64,000 nt of DNA from Candidatus Heimdallarchaeota archaeon (GCA_020353515.1 CP070695.1:4657414-4721413); one strand, 5' to 3'. Positions 20,190-31,158 are shown, counted from the stretch's first letter. Notes: generated by a model not told the origin, from the sequence alone. A program made the numbers and translations.

Positions 20190-21641
20190 TTAATATGGAC
20201 ATGATGGATCAGATGCAAGCCAGTCACCACTCTCTCCATATGCAGTCACACGGCAGCCTCCACAAATGAAATTGTGAGTACATTTTCCACATTTCCCCCT
20301 CACTTGAGAGCGATTACGTACTGTACGTAAAACAGGATTATTTATCCAAATATTTTCTAATCCATTTTCTAATATGTTTCCTAAATGAATATGAGTAACA
20401 GGTGCACAAGGTAATATATTTCCTTCTGGACTTAATCCACAATAGGTGATTCCTGTCGCGCACCCTCCTGCATACTCAGCAAATTGCCTGAAAAGCTTTT
20501 TCGCGGATTTTCCCATAATTTCTTCATGGCGCTTTTCAAAACCAATTACTATCTCACTTATTGGAAAGATCTCATAATTTGAAAGCTTGGCACATTGGGG
20601 AGCAAAGTAAGTCATTCCACGAGTCATTACAGCTACACCTTTCCCTGTCTTTGCATAATTTACGAAGAATTCGGATAGATCCTTTAATATTGATTTTTGT
20701 TCTGTAGGATTGACATTTAAATGAGATAATGCTTTACCTCTCCCCACTGGGAGTATTCTTGACACATATAATCGTGTTGCACCAAGTTCAGAAGCTAATT
20801 CAATTAGATCTGGAATTTCCTTTATATTCCTATTAGTGAGGGTTACTGCGATTATCAGTTCTTTGAATTGATCTATCTCTGAGCACACCTCTATTCCTTG
20901 GAGAGCCTTCGCATGAGCTCCTTTTACACCACGAAGTTCATCATGGAAAGATGAACTATAACTATCAAGACTGATTGAGATACCAGTAACCCCCGTATCT
21001 GCTATATCCTTAGCGACAGTCTGATCAATCATTGTACCATTAGTTGAAAGTGTACAAAGGAGTCTACGTTTAGAAGTACGTTTCGCAATTTCATAAAAGT
21101 CATCACGAATAAGAGGCTCTCCACCAGAAAAACTTAAAGAACCACAGCCCGATTTTGCTATAATATCGACTACGCGAAGAGCTTCGGATGTAGAGAGTTC
21201 TATAGAATGAGTGTTTTCATCGAAAACGGAGTGGGAATCTTGATAACAATGAATACATTTTAAATTACACTTGTATGTAAAATTCCACACTATTGCTATT
21301 GGAGGTAAAGTTGGTTGAGGTTTAGAAACCCCAAACCGTCCTACACCCCTTAACCATGCAACAACTGAACGTGTATACAAAGTATTAGACGTAAAACGTT
21401 GAAATTCTTCATCATTTAGCTTAAGAACCTTTCTAAGAAAAGTATTTGCTATAATTGTACTGGGATAACAATATAGGCAAAATGGCATTTCCCTCCTAAC
21501 CTCTGAAAGAATCCTAACAATAGGGGATTGTTGGCAATGAGGACAGATATTTACAAGACTACTTGCTAAAAGTCGGGCAAAAGCTGCTGCTGGACCATGT
21601 TCAAATATTTTTAACACTGAATTCAGCTGTAATAACTGCAA
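20190..21641 (-). CDS. Radical SAM/SPASM domain protein
   Basis: CNLKCIHC, SGGEPL, SPASM CATG...PC...CGKC.....CGGC...C; extra N-terminal CPHC/CLYC. Confidence 0.9.
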   Translation of the reverse strand: MQLLQLNSVLKIFEHGPAAAFARLLASSLVNICPHCQQSPIVRILSEVRREMPFCLYCYPSTIIANTFLRKVLKLNDEEFQRFTSNTLYTRSVVAWLRGVGRFGVSKPQPTLPPIAIVWNFTYKCNLKCIHCYQDSHSVFDENTHSIELSTSEALRVVDIIAKSGCGSLSFSGGEPLIRDDFYEIAKRTSKRRLLCTLSTNGTMIDQTVAKDIADTGVTGISISLDSYSSSFHDELRGVKGAHAKALQGIEVCSEIDQFKELIIAVTLTNRNIKEIPDLIELASELGATRLYVSRILPVGRGKALSHLNVNPTEQKSILKDLSEFFVNYAKTGKGVAVMTRGMTYFAPQCAKLSNYEIFPISEIVIGFEKRHEEIMGKSAKKLFRQFAEYAGGCATGITYCGLSPEGNILPCAPVTHIHLGNILENGLENIWINNPVLRTVRNRSQVRGKCGKCTHNFICGGCRVTAYGESGDWLASDPSCPY

Positions 21642-21766
21642 TAAAAGTCATCCTGTACCATTTGAAGCCTGCATAAATTTAACAATGCAAAAAAGATGTG
21701 ATTTATTAACTATTTTATGAGACTGCAAAATAGAATAAGTGAAAATATTAATTAGTAGATGGTTCT

Positions 21767-22576
21767 TTGATCTTCAAGATGTCATTAAAAACGACACATG
21801 CTAGCTATATTGATATCCATTGTCATTTACCTGAAAATTATTTTTTCAAAGATATTCATACACATATCACACAGTGGATTCAACAGGGTCTTATACATGT
21901 AGTTTCTGTCAGTCAAGACTTTAGAGAATCCCTCCGTTCAATTGAACTGTCGAAAAAATACCCTGATATGGTAATCCCTTCGATTGGGATTCATCCATGG
22001 AAAGCTCATAAAAAACACAATGAGTTAGAGCAGTTTGATCAGCTTCTTTCAGAAAATAGAAAAATCATTATTTTAGGTGAAATTGGACTAGATTTTCACT
22101 TTATTTCTCAAAAAGAAAGATATTCATATCAAAAGAAGGTATTGGACTTTTTTTTTGAACAAGCGGAAAAAAGAAATCTCCGAGTAATGCTTCATGTAAA
22201 AGGGGCTGAAGAAGAAATTGCTAGATACATTGAAACAAGAAGTCTTCCAGGTAAGAACTGCTGCATTCATTGGTATTCTGGTTCAATTCAAATTCTCAAA
22301 AAACTCATTGATCTCGATTGTTTTTTCTCATGTGGTCCAGCTTTGAACTATTCCCGTAACCATCAACAAATTCTCAAATCAGTCCCTTTGACTCGATTAT
22401 TGACAGAGTCAGATGGTAATGTCAAGTATCAGGGGCGAGTGGGACATCCTGGGATGATGCCAGAGGTTGTTGACCTAATTGCTACAATAACTAAGCAAAA
22501 GAAGCACGAGTTATTTCAATTTATAATCGAAAACTCTCTTTATTATTTAGGAAAAAAAGAGAAAAAAAGTGCGTGA
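21767..22576 (+). CDS. tatD: TatD family hydrolase
   Basis: DIHCHL, GIHPW, GEIGLD, IHWYSG, LLTESD. Confidence 0.9.
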   Translation: MIFKMSLKTTHASYIDIHCHLPENYFFKDIHTHITQWIQQGLIHVVSVSQDFRESLRSIELSKKYPDMVIPSIGIHPWKAHKKHNELEQFDQLLSENRKIIILGEIGLDFHFISQKERYSYQKKVLDFFFEQAEKRNLRVMLHVKGAEEEIARYIETRSLPGKNCCIHWYSGSIQILKKLIDLDCFFSCGPALNYSRNHQQILKSVPLTRLLTESDGNVKYQGRVGHPGMMPEVVDLIATITKQKKHELFQFIIENSLYYLGKKEKKSA

Positions 22577-22580
22577 TAAT

Positions 22581-23387
22581 TTAAGGGAAGTCTTTTCTGC
22601 GCATTGCAAACATTGATAGTAACAAGAAGCCTGCGACCAACGCGATACAGACAATAAGAGAATTAAAGGGCTCAAAATCAGGAATATTAAAGTTAAAGTG
22701 ATCCACTAAGAAATATTCTGCTGTAACATGATAGATATGATTAACAATTGAGTAGGGACTATTTCCACCAGCTGCGAATCCAAAGATGAATTGACTAAAA
22801 AAAACTTCAAAATAAGCAATGGCTAATCCCCAGCCTAATGCGTTCTTATCAATCACTATACCAAGGAGTAAAAAAATCGTACTATAAACTACGACCCATA
22901 ATCCTACGAATAACCACGTTCCAATCAAAATATCAAGCTTCAAAATTGTAAAATCATTTACTATGAAACACAATCCAAGATAAATGATCAACGCGTCAAA
23001 ACAGGCGATTACAACCCCAATAACAAGAACTGTGATCCATTTAATTAATACTATTTCTTCTCTTTTGACAGGTCTTGATAGAAATTGACTAATGGTTTTG
23101 TTCTCCTTTTCATCCGAAATAGCTGATATTCCTAAAATTAAACAAATAAGAGGCAGGATCAAGAAGTTGAAGATGTTAGTTTCTTCACCTATGGCGATGA
23201 TTTCTAGATAATCACGTATGGCTGCAGACGACATATTAAGATAGGGGAGAAGGGGGAGAATACTTACAAAAATCAGAATGTAGGTTTTTTTATCGAACAG
23301 GACTTTGCTAAAAAATATCTGTCCTAGAAAAACACTTCTGGTTAACATAGAAGGCGATTGTGATTCTTTTGTGGCACTAAAACTCAT
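22581..23387 (-). CDS. ABC-2 type transporter permease
   Basis: Multiple TM segments; ISDEKENKTI..FLSRPVKREEI..K motif. Confidence 0.85.
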   Translation of the reverse strand: MSFSATKESQSPSMLTRSVFLGQIFFSKVLFDKKTYILIFVSILPLLPYLNMSSAAIRDYLEIIAIGEETNIFNFLILPLICLILGISAISDEKENKTISQFLSRPVKREEIVLIKWITVLVIGVVIACFDALIIYLGLCFIVNDFTILKLDILIGTWLFVGLWVVVYSTIFLLLGIVIDKNALGWGLAIAYFEVFFSQFIFGFAAGGNSPYSIVNHIYHVTAEYFLVDHFNFNIPDFEPFNSLIVCIALVAGFLLLSMFAMRRKDFP

Positions 23388-23408
23388 TACTTTTTCACCT
23401 ATAACAAA

Positions 23409-24341
23409 TTATGTCAAGAAATCAAAAATTGCTTCAATATTATCGGTTTGACTCTCTAAGTGATTTATTAGCAGTCCATTCTCTGCGATCAATCGAGTAG
23501 CGGTGGGATAAAACGTACTTGGAGTATCTGTAACCACTATGAGATCTTCTGTTGCTTTATCTGATGGAAAAGTGATAGTCCTAATGATATCCTTTTCAAT
23601 CAAGAGTTTGGAAAGCGTTTGTAATTCATTACGTGGGGCTCGGAATAAAATTTGATGTGGAAATTGATCTATAAGGTTGAGAACCTCTTCAGGGGGTCCT
23701 TCTGCTAACGCTTGCCCCCTATGGATCAGAACCATTCGGGTTGACATTTCATCAAGTTCATATAAAATATGACTCGAGATCAATACAGTTACTCCCTCCT
23801 GGTTCAACTCGGACACAAGCTGCTTCATCTCCCGACGACCCAATGGATCAAGACCCCCAAACGGTTCATCCAAGATTAACAAATCAGGATCATGAACAAT
23901 AGCTGCTGCCACCTTAAGACGCTGTTTCATACCCTTTGAATATGACTTAATACGTTTTCCCTTGACAGCAAGTCCCACTTTTGCCAAAGCTTCCTTAGCA
24001 GCGGTTTCTGCTTGTTCCCGAGGAAGAATCAACTTAGCAAGTGATGAAACAAATTGCTTACCTTTCATCCATGGATAGAGATCCTCATGTTCCGAGACAT
24101 ATCCAATTCGTCTTTTTAATATGATATTATTGATAGGATTTTCATCAAACACTCGAACTGTTCCAGTATCAGGACGAATTTCTCCCATAATGAGTTTGAG
24201 TGTTGTTGATTTTCCAGCCCCATTTGGCCCAAGAAAACCTGTTACTCCAGTTTTCGCAGTCATAGTCAGGCGTGAAACTGCTACCACATCACCGAAGGAT
24301 TTTGAAACCTCATTTAGTTCAATCACTTTGAATGCCTCCAA
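23409..24341 (-). CDS. ABC transporter ATP-binding protein
   Basis: GPNGAGKST, YSKGMKQR, LILDEP, SSH. The true start is probably the GTG near 24326. Confidence 0.93.
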   Translation of the reverse strand: MEAFKVIELNEVSKSFGDVVAVSRLTMTAKTGVTGFLGPNGAGKSTTLKLIMGEIRPDTGTVRVFDENPINNIILKRRIGYVSEHEDLYPWMKGKQFVSSLAKLILPREQAETAAKEALAKVGLAVKGKRIKSYSKGMKQRLKVAAAIVHDPDLLILDEPFGGLDPLGRREMKQLVSELNQEGVTVLISSHILYELDEMSTRMVLIHRGQALAEGPPEEVLNLIDQFPHQILFRAPRNELQTLSKLLIEKDIIRTITFPSDKATEDLIVVTDTPSTFYPTATRLIAENGLLINHLESQTDNIEAIFDFLT

Positions 24342-25315
24342 TAAACCTGAAAAACGACAATTAAAAAACCAAGTAAAATGTAGAGACCTAATACTCCAAG
24401 GATCATCCAGCTTTCAATACCAACCCCATCTGTCAAATGTAATGTCTGAACACCTCTAAATGAATTATAATCGACCTCAGTTGTTCCAAGCAGAATGTAA
24501 GATGTTAATAACAAGAGAGTGAGCACATCAAGAAATATCTCATATCCAGCACTGTCTCCTGAGAATGCTAAGGAGCTGATAATCATATTACTCGTGAACA
24601 TAAGCATAAATGTTGTTAAACCAGCGTATAATCGTCGATTCGTGATAGAAGAAAAAGCAAGGATGATAGCTGAATAAGTTATAGTAATAATTTCTGTAAA
24701 TACAATTACATGCACTAGAACAGGGAGAGCGCTTATTAGGTCAATATTCCCAAGACCAACCACTAACAAGAAGAACTCAACGACATAGGGGAATGTTAAA
24801 ACAATATTACCGAAAATAAAGAATGCTAAGAATTTACCCAAAACATATTCATGTCTTTCTAGCTTACTGTAGTAAATTTCGGTTGTCTGGTTGGAAATAT
24901 CGTCAGCTATGAGCCCTGATCCTACCATAACAAACAGAATTAGTATAAATATACTTGTCCCCCCCAAGTTGAATGAACTTGAGGCACCATCACCAGTTTC
25001 CACAAAGAAAGATATTCCGAAACTAACTATTCCTCTTATCATAGTAAGGAGATTATCTTCTAATAAATCATTATTAGTAATTTGGTCAGAAAACATAAAT
25101 TCTCTCATTGAGAACAGGAACATGTTCATTATCACAAAAGTAAATATCAGGAAACTTATCAATACTTTGACAGCTCTAGAACGTTTCCATTCATGAATCC
25201 ACCATTGCCATGCAATTGCCCATAATCTATAAATTCTTCCACGACGAATCCCATCAAAAGGTCGGAAAGCGAATTTCCTAACGTATGCGTCAGAGCTTGT
25301 GGTTGGTTCACTCAC
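24323..25315 (-). CDS. ABC-2 type transporter permease
   Basis: Multi-TM; GSGLIADD...YYSKL.R.EYVLGK. Confidence 0.85.
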   Translation of the reverse strand: MSEPTTSSDAYVRKFAFRPFDGIRRGRIYRLWAIAWQWWIHEWKRSRAVKVLISFLIFTFVIMNMFLFSMREFMFSDQITNNDLLEDNLLTMIRGIVSFGISFFVETGDGASSSFNLGGTSIFILILFVMVGSGLIADDISNQTTEIYYSKLERHEYVLGKFLAFFIFGNIVLTFPYVVEFFLLVVGLGNIDLISALPVLVHVIVFTEIITITYSAIILAFSSITNRRLYAGLTTFMLMFTSNMIISSLAFSGDSAGYEIFLDVLTLLLLTSYILLGTTEVDYNSFRGVQTLHLTDGVGIESWMILGVLGLYILLGFLIVVFQVYWRHSK

Positions 25316-26244
25316 TGAATTTGAACCTCCTGTTCTTTAAATAGGCTAACAAAGACATCTTCAAGACTTCTTGACCGACTTCCAAGATATCGAATATCAA
25401 CTCCGAGTTGATATGCGGTCGTAAAAATTTCTTTTTCAATATCTGGAGTTTTTTCAACTTCAATAAATGCCCCATCAGTCCACACTTTCATCCCATTCGC
25501 TGCAAGTGCTTCTAATAATTTCTCACTCTCTGATTTCACTTTTACACTCACAGTTGAACGCTTATTTGCTGTCAATTCCTGTATTTTTCCTTTTGCAAGG
25601 ACTCTTCCTTCCGATACAACCAATGCATAATCAGTAGTTTGTTCGACGTCTCGAAGAAGATGTGAGCTTAGAATAACGTTCTTTCCTTCATCTTTCTGCA
25701 AATTTCGTATCAATTCAAGCATCTGAACGCGCCCTGATGGATCCAATCCATTAGTTGGTTCATCTGCGATGATAATTTCAGGGTCATGAACTAAAGCAAC
25801 AGCTAATTTTACCTTTTGTTTCATACCAAGAGAGAATGTATCTAACTTCCTATACCTCTCCTCTCCTAGACCTACGTAGAAAAGGGAGTCGCTAGCCCGT
25901 TGCTTACTCTCTGGATAAGACAACCCGTTCATCCGTCCGCAAAAGGCCACAAAACTCATGGCCGTAGCGTCAGGAATGAATGATGTGTTAAATTCAGGGA
26001 TGTAGCCAATTCGATCTCTCACCTGATTGATTTCGTGGCGAATGTCATACCCTAACACTTGTGCATTTCCTCGGGTTGGGCGAATGATACCAAGCAAAGT
26101 CCTGATGAGAGTAGTTTTACCGGCTCCGTTCGGCCCAAGGAATCCAACTCCACCAGCAGGAACCTTCACTGAAATATCCTCAATTCCTCGAATTTTACCA
26201 TAATATTTTGTCAGCGAATCTGTGGCTATTATTTCAGCTTGCAT
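25312..26244 (-). CDS. ABC transporter ATP-binding protein
   Basis: GPNGAGKTT, FSLGMKQK, IIADEPTNGLDP, SSH. Confidence 0.93.
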   Translation of the reverse strand: MQAEIIATDSLTKYYGKIRGIEDISVKVPAGGVGFLGPNGAGKTTLIRTLLGIIRPTRGNAQVLGYDIRHEINQVRDRIGYIPEFNTSFIPDATAMSFVAFCGRMNGLSYPESKQRASDSLFYVGLGEERYRKLDTFSLGMKQKVKLAVALVHDPEIIIADEPTNGLDPSGRVQMLELIRNLQKDEGKNVILSSHLLRDVEQTTDYALVVSEGRVLAKGKIQELTANKRSTVSVKVKSESEKLLEALAANGMKVWTDGAFIEVEKTPDIEKEIFTTAYQLGVDIRYLGSRSRSLEDVFVSLFKEQEVQIQ

Positions 26245-26408
26245 CTTCCAGTCACTCTTTTTTCGACTTATCTATTACAATAAGTGAGATTAGTTCGCTC
26301 TACTTTTTAAGATAAAGATAGAGGCAGATAAAAACATCGAAAAAGCATCTACTATGAAATCAAGAAATTACAGATAAACGAATACTATTTGATTTACTTC
26401 TTTCCCCC

Positions 26409-26693
26409 TTAGACAGACTCGGAGCATAAGTTGTTTAGACATTTATCCTCCTGCAGAGGATTTCCACAATTCAGGCAAAAATTCGGTCTAGTAAATACAG
26501 GAACACCTTTTTGTCTGATTTGAGTTATTCGATGCAATGGAATACTATCTACTTGGCGTCGCTTCATAAATTCATCGAAGCTGAGCTCAATATATTCATC
26601 AAAATCGCGAAAAATTATTGAAAATTCTTGACGAATTTCTGATCCATATTGGATTCGCGAGAACCACTCTTTTATTTCCCCTTTTCTTGTCAT
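26409..26693 (-). CDS. DUF504/MJ1316-like protein with C-terminal Zn ribbon
   Basis: IPLHRITQIR is typical of DUF504; followed by CLNC...CLNNLC. Confidence 0.65.
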   Translation of the reverse strand: MTRKGEIKEWFSRIQYGSEIRQEFSIIFRDFDEYIELSFDEFMKRRQVDSIPLHRITQIRQKGVPVFTRPNFCLNCGNPLQEDKCLNNLCSESV

Positions 26694-26957
26694 TTACCAA
26701 TATCCTTCTCTTTTATCATTAAACAGAAAAGTGATAATATTCAGCAGATTATTGGGGATGAATGCGTCTATAAGACGATCCACCCCTCATCTGCCTTCTA
26801 CTCTAGGGAAATAGGAGGATCAACAAAAGTATATTCCTTGATATAATAGAGGAAACAGGGATTTTTAAACTTAAAGAATGTGGCAATCATAAAAAAAAGA
26901 TGTAACGACTCCTGTAATTTGAAGATAAGAGAAACTACTTCCAGAAGGAAATCGTCA

Positions 26958-28823
26958 TTGCCTACCGTAGAAATCACGAATTTCAGTCTACACATTGAAT
27001 TTTTCCCAAATGAAAGTAATCTCTTAACGTTAATCCATGAAGGATTAGGGAGAAATGTTATCAATTCGCTTTGCGGTGGGAATGGTAAATGTGGAAAGTG
27101 TCGAGTTGAAATTCTAGGTAAAATATCAGAAGATCAGAAGAATTTTGAAGGAATAAATCCACCAACAGAAAATGAACGTCAATTTCTAGGAGATTCAATC
27201 CACAAGAATATTCGTCTTGCTTGTCAGGTGGTTCCGAATGATACAGACATAAAAGTCACTATTTTAGATTTAATTGAGTATCAAGACAGTATTTTCAAGA
27301 TTCAAGATTCATTTAGTGACTTCAAGTTGAATTTTCAGTTTAACCCTAGAATCTACAGTAATTCGTTAATTATTCCACCTGCTACCTTAGAAAGGCCTCT
27401 GGACGATTTTAACCGCTTATTGGATGCTCTAAAAGAAGCGACATCACTAACTCAATACAAACTCGAATCCTTGTCTCAGCTCGCAATTATTCTTAGAAAA
27501 ACTGATGGGAAAATAAATATAATCATTGATAGAGAGAAGAAAAAGTTAATAACCCTTAATAAGGAAGAAACTTCTATTTTAGGAGCTGTAGTGGATGTTG
27601 GAACTACATCAATTGTTGTTACGTTAATCGACCTTGAAACAGGCATTATTCTTGGTGCTGATTCAATAATTAATCCTCAAATCGAGTTTGGTAGAGACAT
27701 TATGAGCCGATTAACATATGCATTAATGTCTTCTTCAAACCAACAACAACTACAAGAAAAAGTCTTTAATGGAATATCGAAACTATTAATGAAGCTTATG
27801 TCATCAACAAAGTCATCTCTTGAGAATATTTATGAAATGGTGGTCGTGGGAAACTCAGCAATGCACCATTTATTCCTAAATTTACCAGTTGCTGGATTGT
27901 CTCGTGCTCCTTTTGTACCTGTCATTTCAAAAACTATTTCCTTTTTTGTTAAGGACATAGATAAAACTCAATCCCTTAACATCCCATCCCAAGCAATAAT
28001 AACAATGCCCCCGTTAATTGGTGGATTTATCGGTTCCGACGCCGTGGTGGACGTTCTTTATACTGGTTTCAATCGAAAAACAGGCGTGCATTTATTAATT
28101 GATTTCGGTACAAATTCAGAGATCTTACTTTCGAAAGACAATAACTTATATGCGGCATCTGTAGCTGCTGGTGGGGCCTTTGAAGGACAACATATCACTT
28201 GTGGTATGCGAGGAGTTCCAGGGGCTATTGAACAATTTCGAGTCGAAAATGGAAAGTATAATTTTCAAACAATTCAGTTAGATAAGCCAAAAGGAATTTG
28301 TGGAACTGGGATTGTTGACATTTTAGCTCAATTATTACTCCATGAACAATTAGATCATCGGGGACAACTCTTTACAACCTCAGGGGAAAAAATTAAGAAG
28401 CTAATTCTCGTTCCCTCTGAAGAAACTGACAATAATCAAGAAATTTACCTGACACGGAATGATATTGAAGCAATCCAGAAAGCGAAGGCCGCCACACTAG
28501 CAGCTATACGAACATTAGCCGATCATCTTAATATTGAAATAAAAAACATTGATTCAATCCACATTGCAGGAGTATTTGGTTCAAAACTGAATATAGATAG
28601 TGCAAAGGTCATTGGCTTGTTACCAAATATACCTAATGATAAGTTCATTATTCAGGGTAACACTGCAGAAAAAGGAGGAAGGGCGTTTTTATTATCTATG
28701 GAGGCTCGTTGTAAGGCTAGTACTATTGCTACAGCGATAAAACGACTTGAACTCACTCAATTTTCAAAATTTCAATCTTTTTTTACAGAAGGATTATTCT
28801 TTCCAAAACTTAGATCAAAATGA
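26958..28823 (+). CDS. ASKHA-domain reductive activator of corrinoid proteins (RACo/DUF4445) with 2Fe-2S domain
   Basis: CGGNGKCGKC...RLAC, DVGTT, NPQ..FG.DIMSR, GGFIGSD, DFGTNSE, AFEG, GICGTG. TTG 26958 after AAGGA is preferred over 26880. Confidence 0.88.
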   Translation: MPTVEITNFSLHIEFFPNESNLLTLIHEGLGRNVINSLCGGNGKCGKCRVEILGKISEDQKNFEGINPPTENERQFLGDSIHKNIRLACQVVPNDTDIKVTILDLIEYQDSIFKIQDSFSDFKLNFQFNPRIYSNSLIIPPATLERPLDDFNRLLDALKEATSLTQYKLESLSQLAIILRKTDGKINIIIDREKKKLITLNKEETSILGAVVDVGTTSIVVTLIDLETGIILGADSIINPQIEFGRDIMSRLTYALMSSSNQQQLQEKVFNGISKLLMKLMSSTKSSLENIYEMVVVGNSAMHHLFLNLPVAGLSRAPFVPVISKTISFFVKDIDKTQSLNIPSQAIITMPPLIGGFIGSDAVVDVLYTGFNRKTGVHLLIDFGTNSEILLSKDNNLYAASVAAGGAFEGQHITCGMRGVPGAIEQFRVENGKYNFQTIQLDKPKGICGTGIVDILAQLLLHEQLDHRGQLFTTSGEKIKKLILVPSEETDNNQEIYLTRNDIEAIQKAKAATLAAIRTLADHLNIEIKNIDSIHIAGVFGSKLNIDSAKVIGLLPNIPNDKFIIQGNTAEKGGRAFLLSMEARCKASTIATAIKRLELTQFSKFQSFFTEGLFFPKLRSK

Positions 28824-28857
28824 AGAAGTAGGAAAACATGAGGATAAGGAGATAACC

Positions 28858-29613
28858 ATGCGCGGTTTAGAAAATAAAAGAGTTCTCATTACTGGGGGAG
28901 CTAGGGGGATTGGTGCAACAACAGCAAAACGCTTCTTAGAGGAAGGGGCACGTGTTGTTATATTAGATATTGATGATCAGGCGAACCAACAGATTAAAGA
29001 CACGCTCCCAGCATTGAGTGGTACCATAACTGCTGATGTTTCGAAGCACGAAGAGGTTGATCAAGCTTTCAATGAATTAGATAATCTGTTCAATGGAATA
29101 GATATTTTGATCAATAATGCTGGAATCAGTATAAGGCATCCCTTTATGAAAATAACTCCCGAAGAGTGGCTCAAGACAATGAATGTGAACCTGAATGGTA
29201 TGTTCTTTGTAGCTCAACAAGCAGCCAGGAGAATGTTATCAAATGGTGGAGGAGTTATCTTAAACATGGGTTCGACTAATGGTATGAGGGGTTATCATTA
29301 TTATACTGATTATAATGCCTCAAAGGCTGGGGTTATAGAACTTACCCGCTCAATGGCACTCGAATTAGCCCCTAAAGTCCGAGTAAATGTCATATGCCCT
29401 GGGTTCATCTTAACACCAATGCAGGAGGCCGAATATACCCCTGAAATGCGTATAGAATTTGAAAACAAAATTCCATTAGGTAGACTTGGTAAAGCTGAAG
29501 AAGTCGCAGCCCTCTTTGTTTTTCTTGCCTCTGACGATGCTCTTTTCATTACTGGACAGTGTTTTGTTATCGATGGAGGGGAAATCTGTGGAGGATTGGC
29601 AAGTCAAAAGTAG
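28858..29613 (+). CDS. Short-chain dehydrogenase/reductase (FabG-like)
   Basis: TGGARGIG, NNAGI, YNASK; ATG 28858 preceded by AGGAG. Confidence 0.92.
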   Translation: MRGLENKRVLITGGARGIGATTAKRFLEEGARVVILDIDDQANQQIKDTLPALSGTITADVSKHEEVDQAFNELDNLFNGIDILINNAGISIRHPFMKITPEEWLKTMNVNLNGMFFVAQQAARRMLSNGGGVILNMGSTNGMRGYHYYTDYNASKAGVIELTRSMALELAPKVRVNVICPGFILTPMQEAEYTPEMRIEFENKIPLGRLGKAEEVAALFVFLASDDALFITGQCFVIDGGEICGGLASQK

Positions 29614-29646
29614 AAATACTTTTTCAGTTAATGAGAGAAAAGAAAA

Positions 29647-30081
29647 TCATTCCACTAGGACATCTACGTTGACTGGCACTCCAGTAGTTACCGCATTAGT
29701 AGCAATACAAAAATTTTTGAAGATCTTTATGCAACGTGTTTTCTTTTTCAACGTAATATCTGGATTCCATCTAGGGATTAGTTTTACTTCAATCTGAGTA
29801 ATTCTTAGATACCCTTCATTATTTCTGGTTAATGTGCATTTAGCTTTGGTTTCCATACTCTTAACTGGAATTCTGGCTTTGTTCAAACATAACGTGAAAG
29901 AAGCAGAAAGGCAGCTAGCAACAGCTGCAGTTAATACTTTGGAAGCATTAGGATATTTATCTTCTCCTCCAAAGTCTTTAGGTTCGTCAAACAATAACTC
30001 AGGATAATAATCTTTATCAAAAGTTGTTGTGAATTGCACTGGGCCCGTTTTTTTTATACTAATCACAAAAATTTCATCCAT
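29647..30081 (-). CDS. OsmC/Ohr family protein
   Basis: DEPKDFGG...PNAS..L.AAVASCL and the second Cys in FCIAT; ATG 30081 preceded by AGGAGG. Confidence 0.85.
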   Translation of the reverse strand: MDEIFVISIKKTGPVQFTTTFDKDYYPELLFDEPKDFGGEDKYPNASKVLTAAVASCLSASFTLCLNKARIPVKSMETKAKCTLTRNNEGYLRITQIEVKLIPRWNPDITLKKKTRCIKIFKNFCIATNAVTTGVPVNVDVLVE

Positions 30082-30259
30082 GAAAAATTTCCTCCTATTT
30101 AATTCTTTAAATTGTGAGATCATATTTCTTATTGGTTATGAGTTCAATAGCTATTGCTTCGGATAAATATATCAGAAACGATTTTGTTATAGTGAGTTTT
30201 TTCTTGATTAAAATATGTACCAAAACCAGACGATTTTACACTTTTATGGTGGATAACTG

Positions 30260-30988
30260 ATGAGTAATACAATAAAAACCGCAATTATTACTGGGGCTTC
30301 CAAGGGTATTGGGAAAGCTATCAGTCTAAATTTCGCTGCAAATAACATTGATGTTGTCTTAGCTGCACGGAACAAGACACAGCTTAAACAATTGCAAGAT
30401 GAAATAGAAGAAAATTATCAAGTTAAATCTCTAATTGTGCCCACTGATGTGACTGATGAAATCCAAGTGAAAACCCTAGTACAGAAAACACTGGATCAAT
30501 TTGGAAAAATTGATATTTTAATAAATAATGCTGGAGTGGGACGATTCAAACGAGCTGATGAGTTTACATTAGATGATTACAACTATATGTTTGATATCAA
30601 TGTCAAGGGAGTTTTTCTTGTTACTAAATACGTTGTTCCCCATATGGTGGCTCGGGAATCAGGTCAAATCATCAATATTGCAAGTATAGCAGGAAAAAAT
30701 GGATTTAAAACAGGAACCCTATATGCTGCATCCAAACATGCTGTAGTAGGCTATACTTGGTCATTACGAGAGGATCTTAAAGAATATAAAATAAAAGTAT
30801 CAGTAGTGTGTCCAGGTAGTGTCGTGACAGAGTTTGGGGGTAAGAAACCTGATAAGGTAGAATGGAGTATGGAACCTGAAGATGTCGCTTTTGCATGTTA
30901 CTATTTAGCTTCTGAATCAGATTATGTTAATACAGCAGAAATAATTATCAAACCTAGATTGAATCCACGAAAGATCAATCAAAGTTGA
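30260..30988 (+). CDS. Short-chain dehydrogenase/reductase
   Basis: TGASKGIG, NNAGV, YAASK. Confidence 0.92.
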   Translation: MSNTIKTAIITGASKGIGKAISLNFAANNIDVVLAARNKTQLKQLQDEIEENYQVKSLIVPTDVTDEIQVKTLVQKTLDQFGKIDILINNAGVGRFKRADEFTLDDYNYMFDINVKGVFLVTKYVVPHMVARESGQIINIASIAGKNGFKTGTLYAASKHAVVGYTWSLREDLKEYKIKVSVVCPGSVVTEFGGKKPDKVEWSMEPEDVAFACYYLASESDYVNTAEIIIKPRLNPRKINQS

Positions 30989-31158
30989 GTATCTGATTCC
31001 CACTTTTTGGTTTAGGATTATCCTACTTGCCAGACATAGATATGAGGATAATTCTGATTTGCCCTAAATCAATAAAAATGCAAAAATTGAAGTCTCTTTC
31101 TGGTGTATGAACAACGAAAGAGAGTAGAAGAGTAAATAATATATTAGAAGGATTTAAC

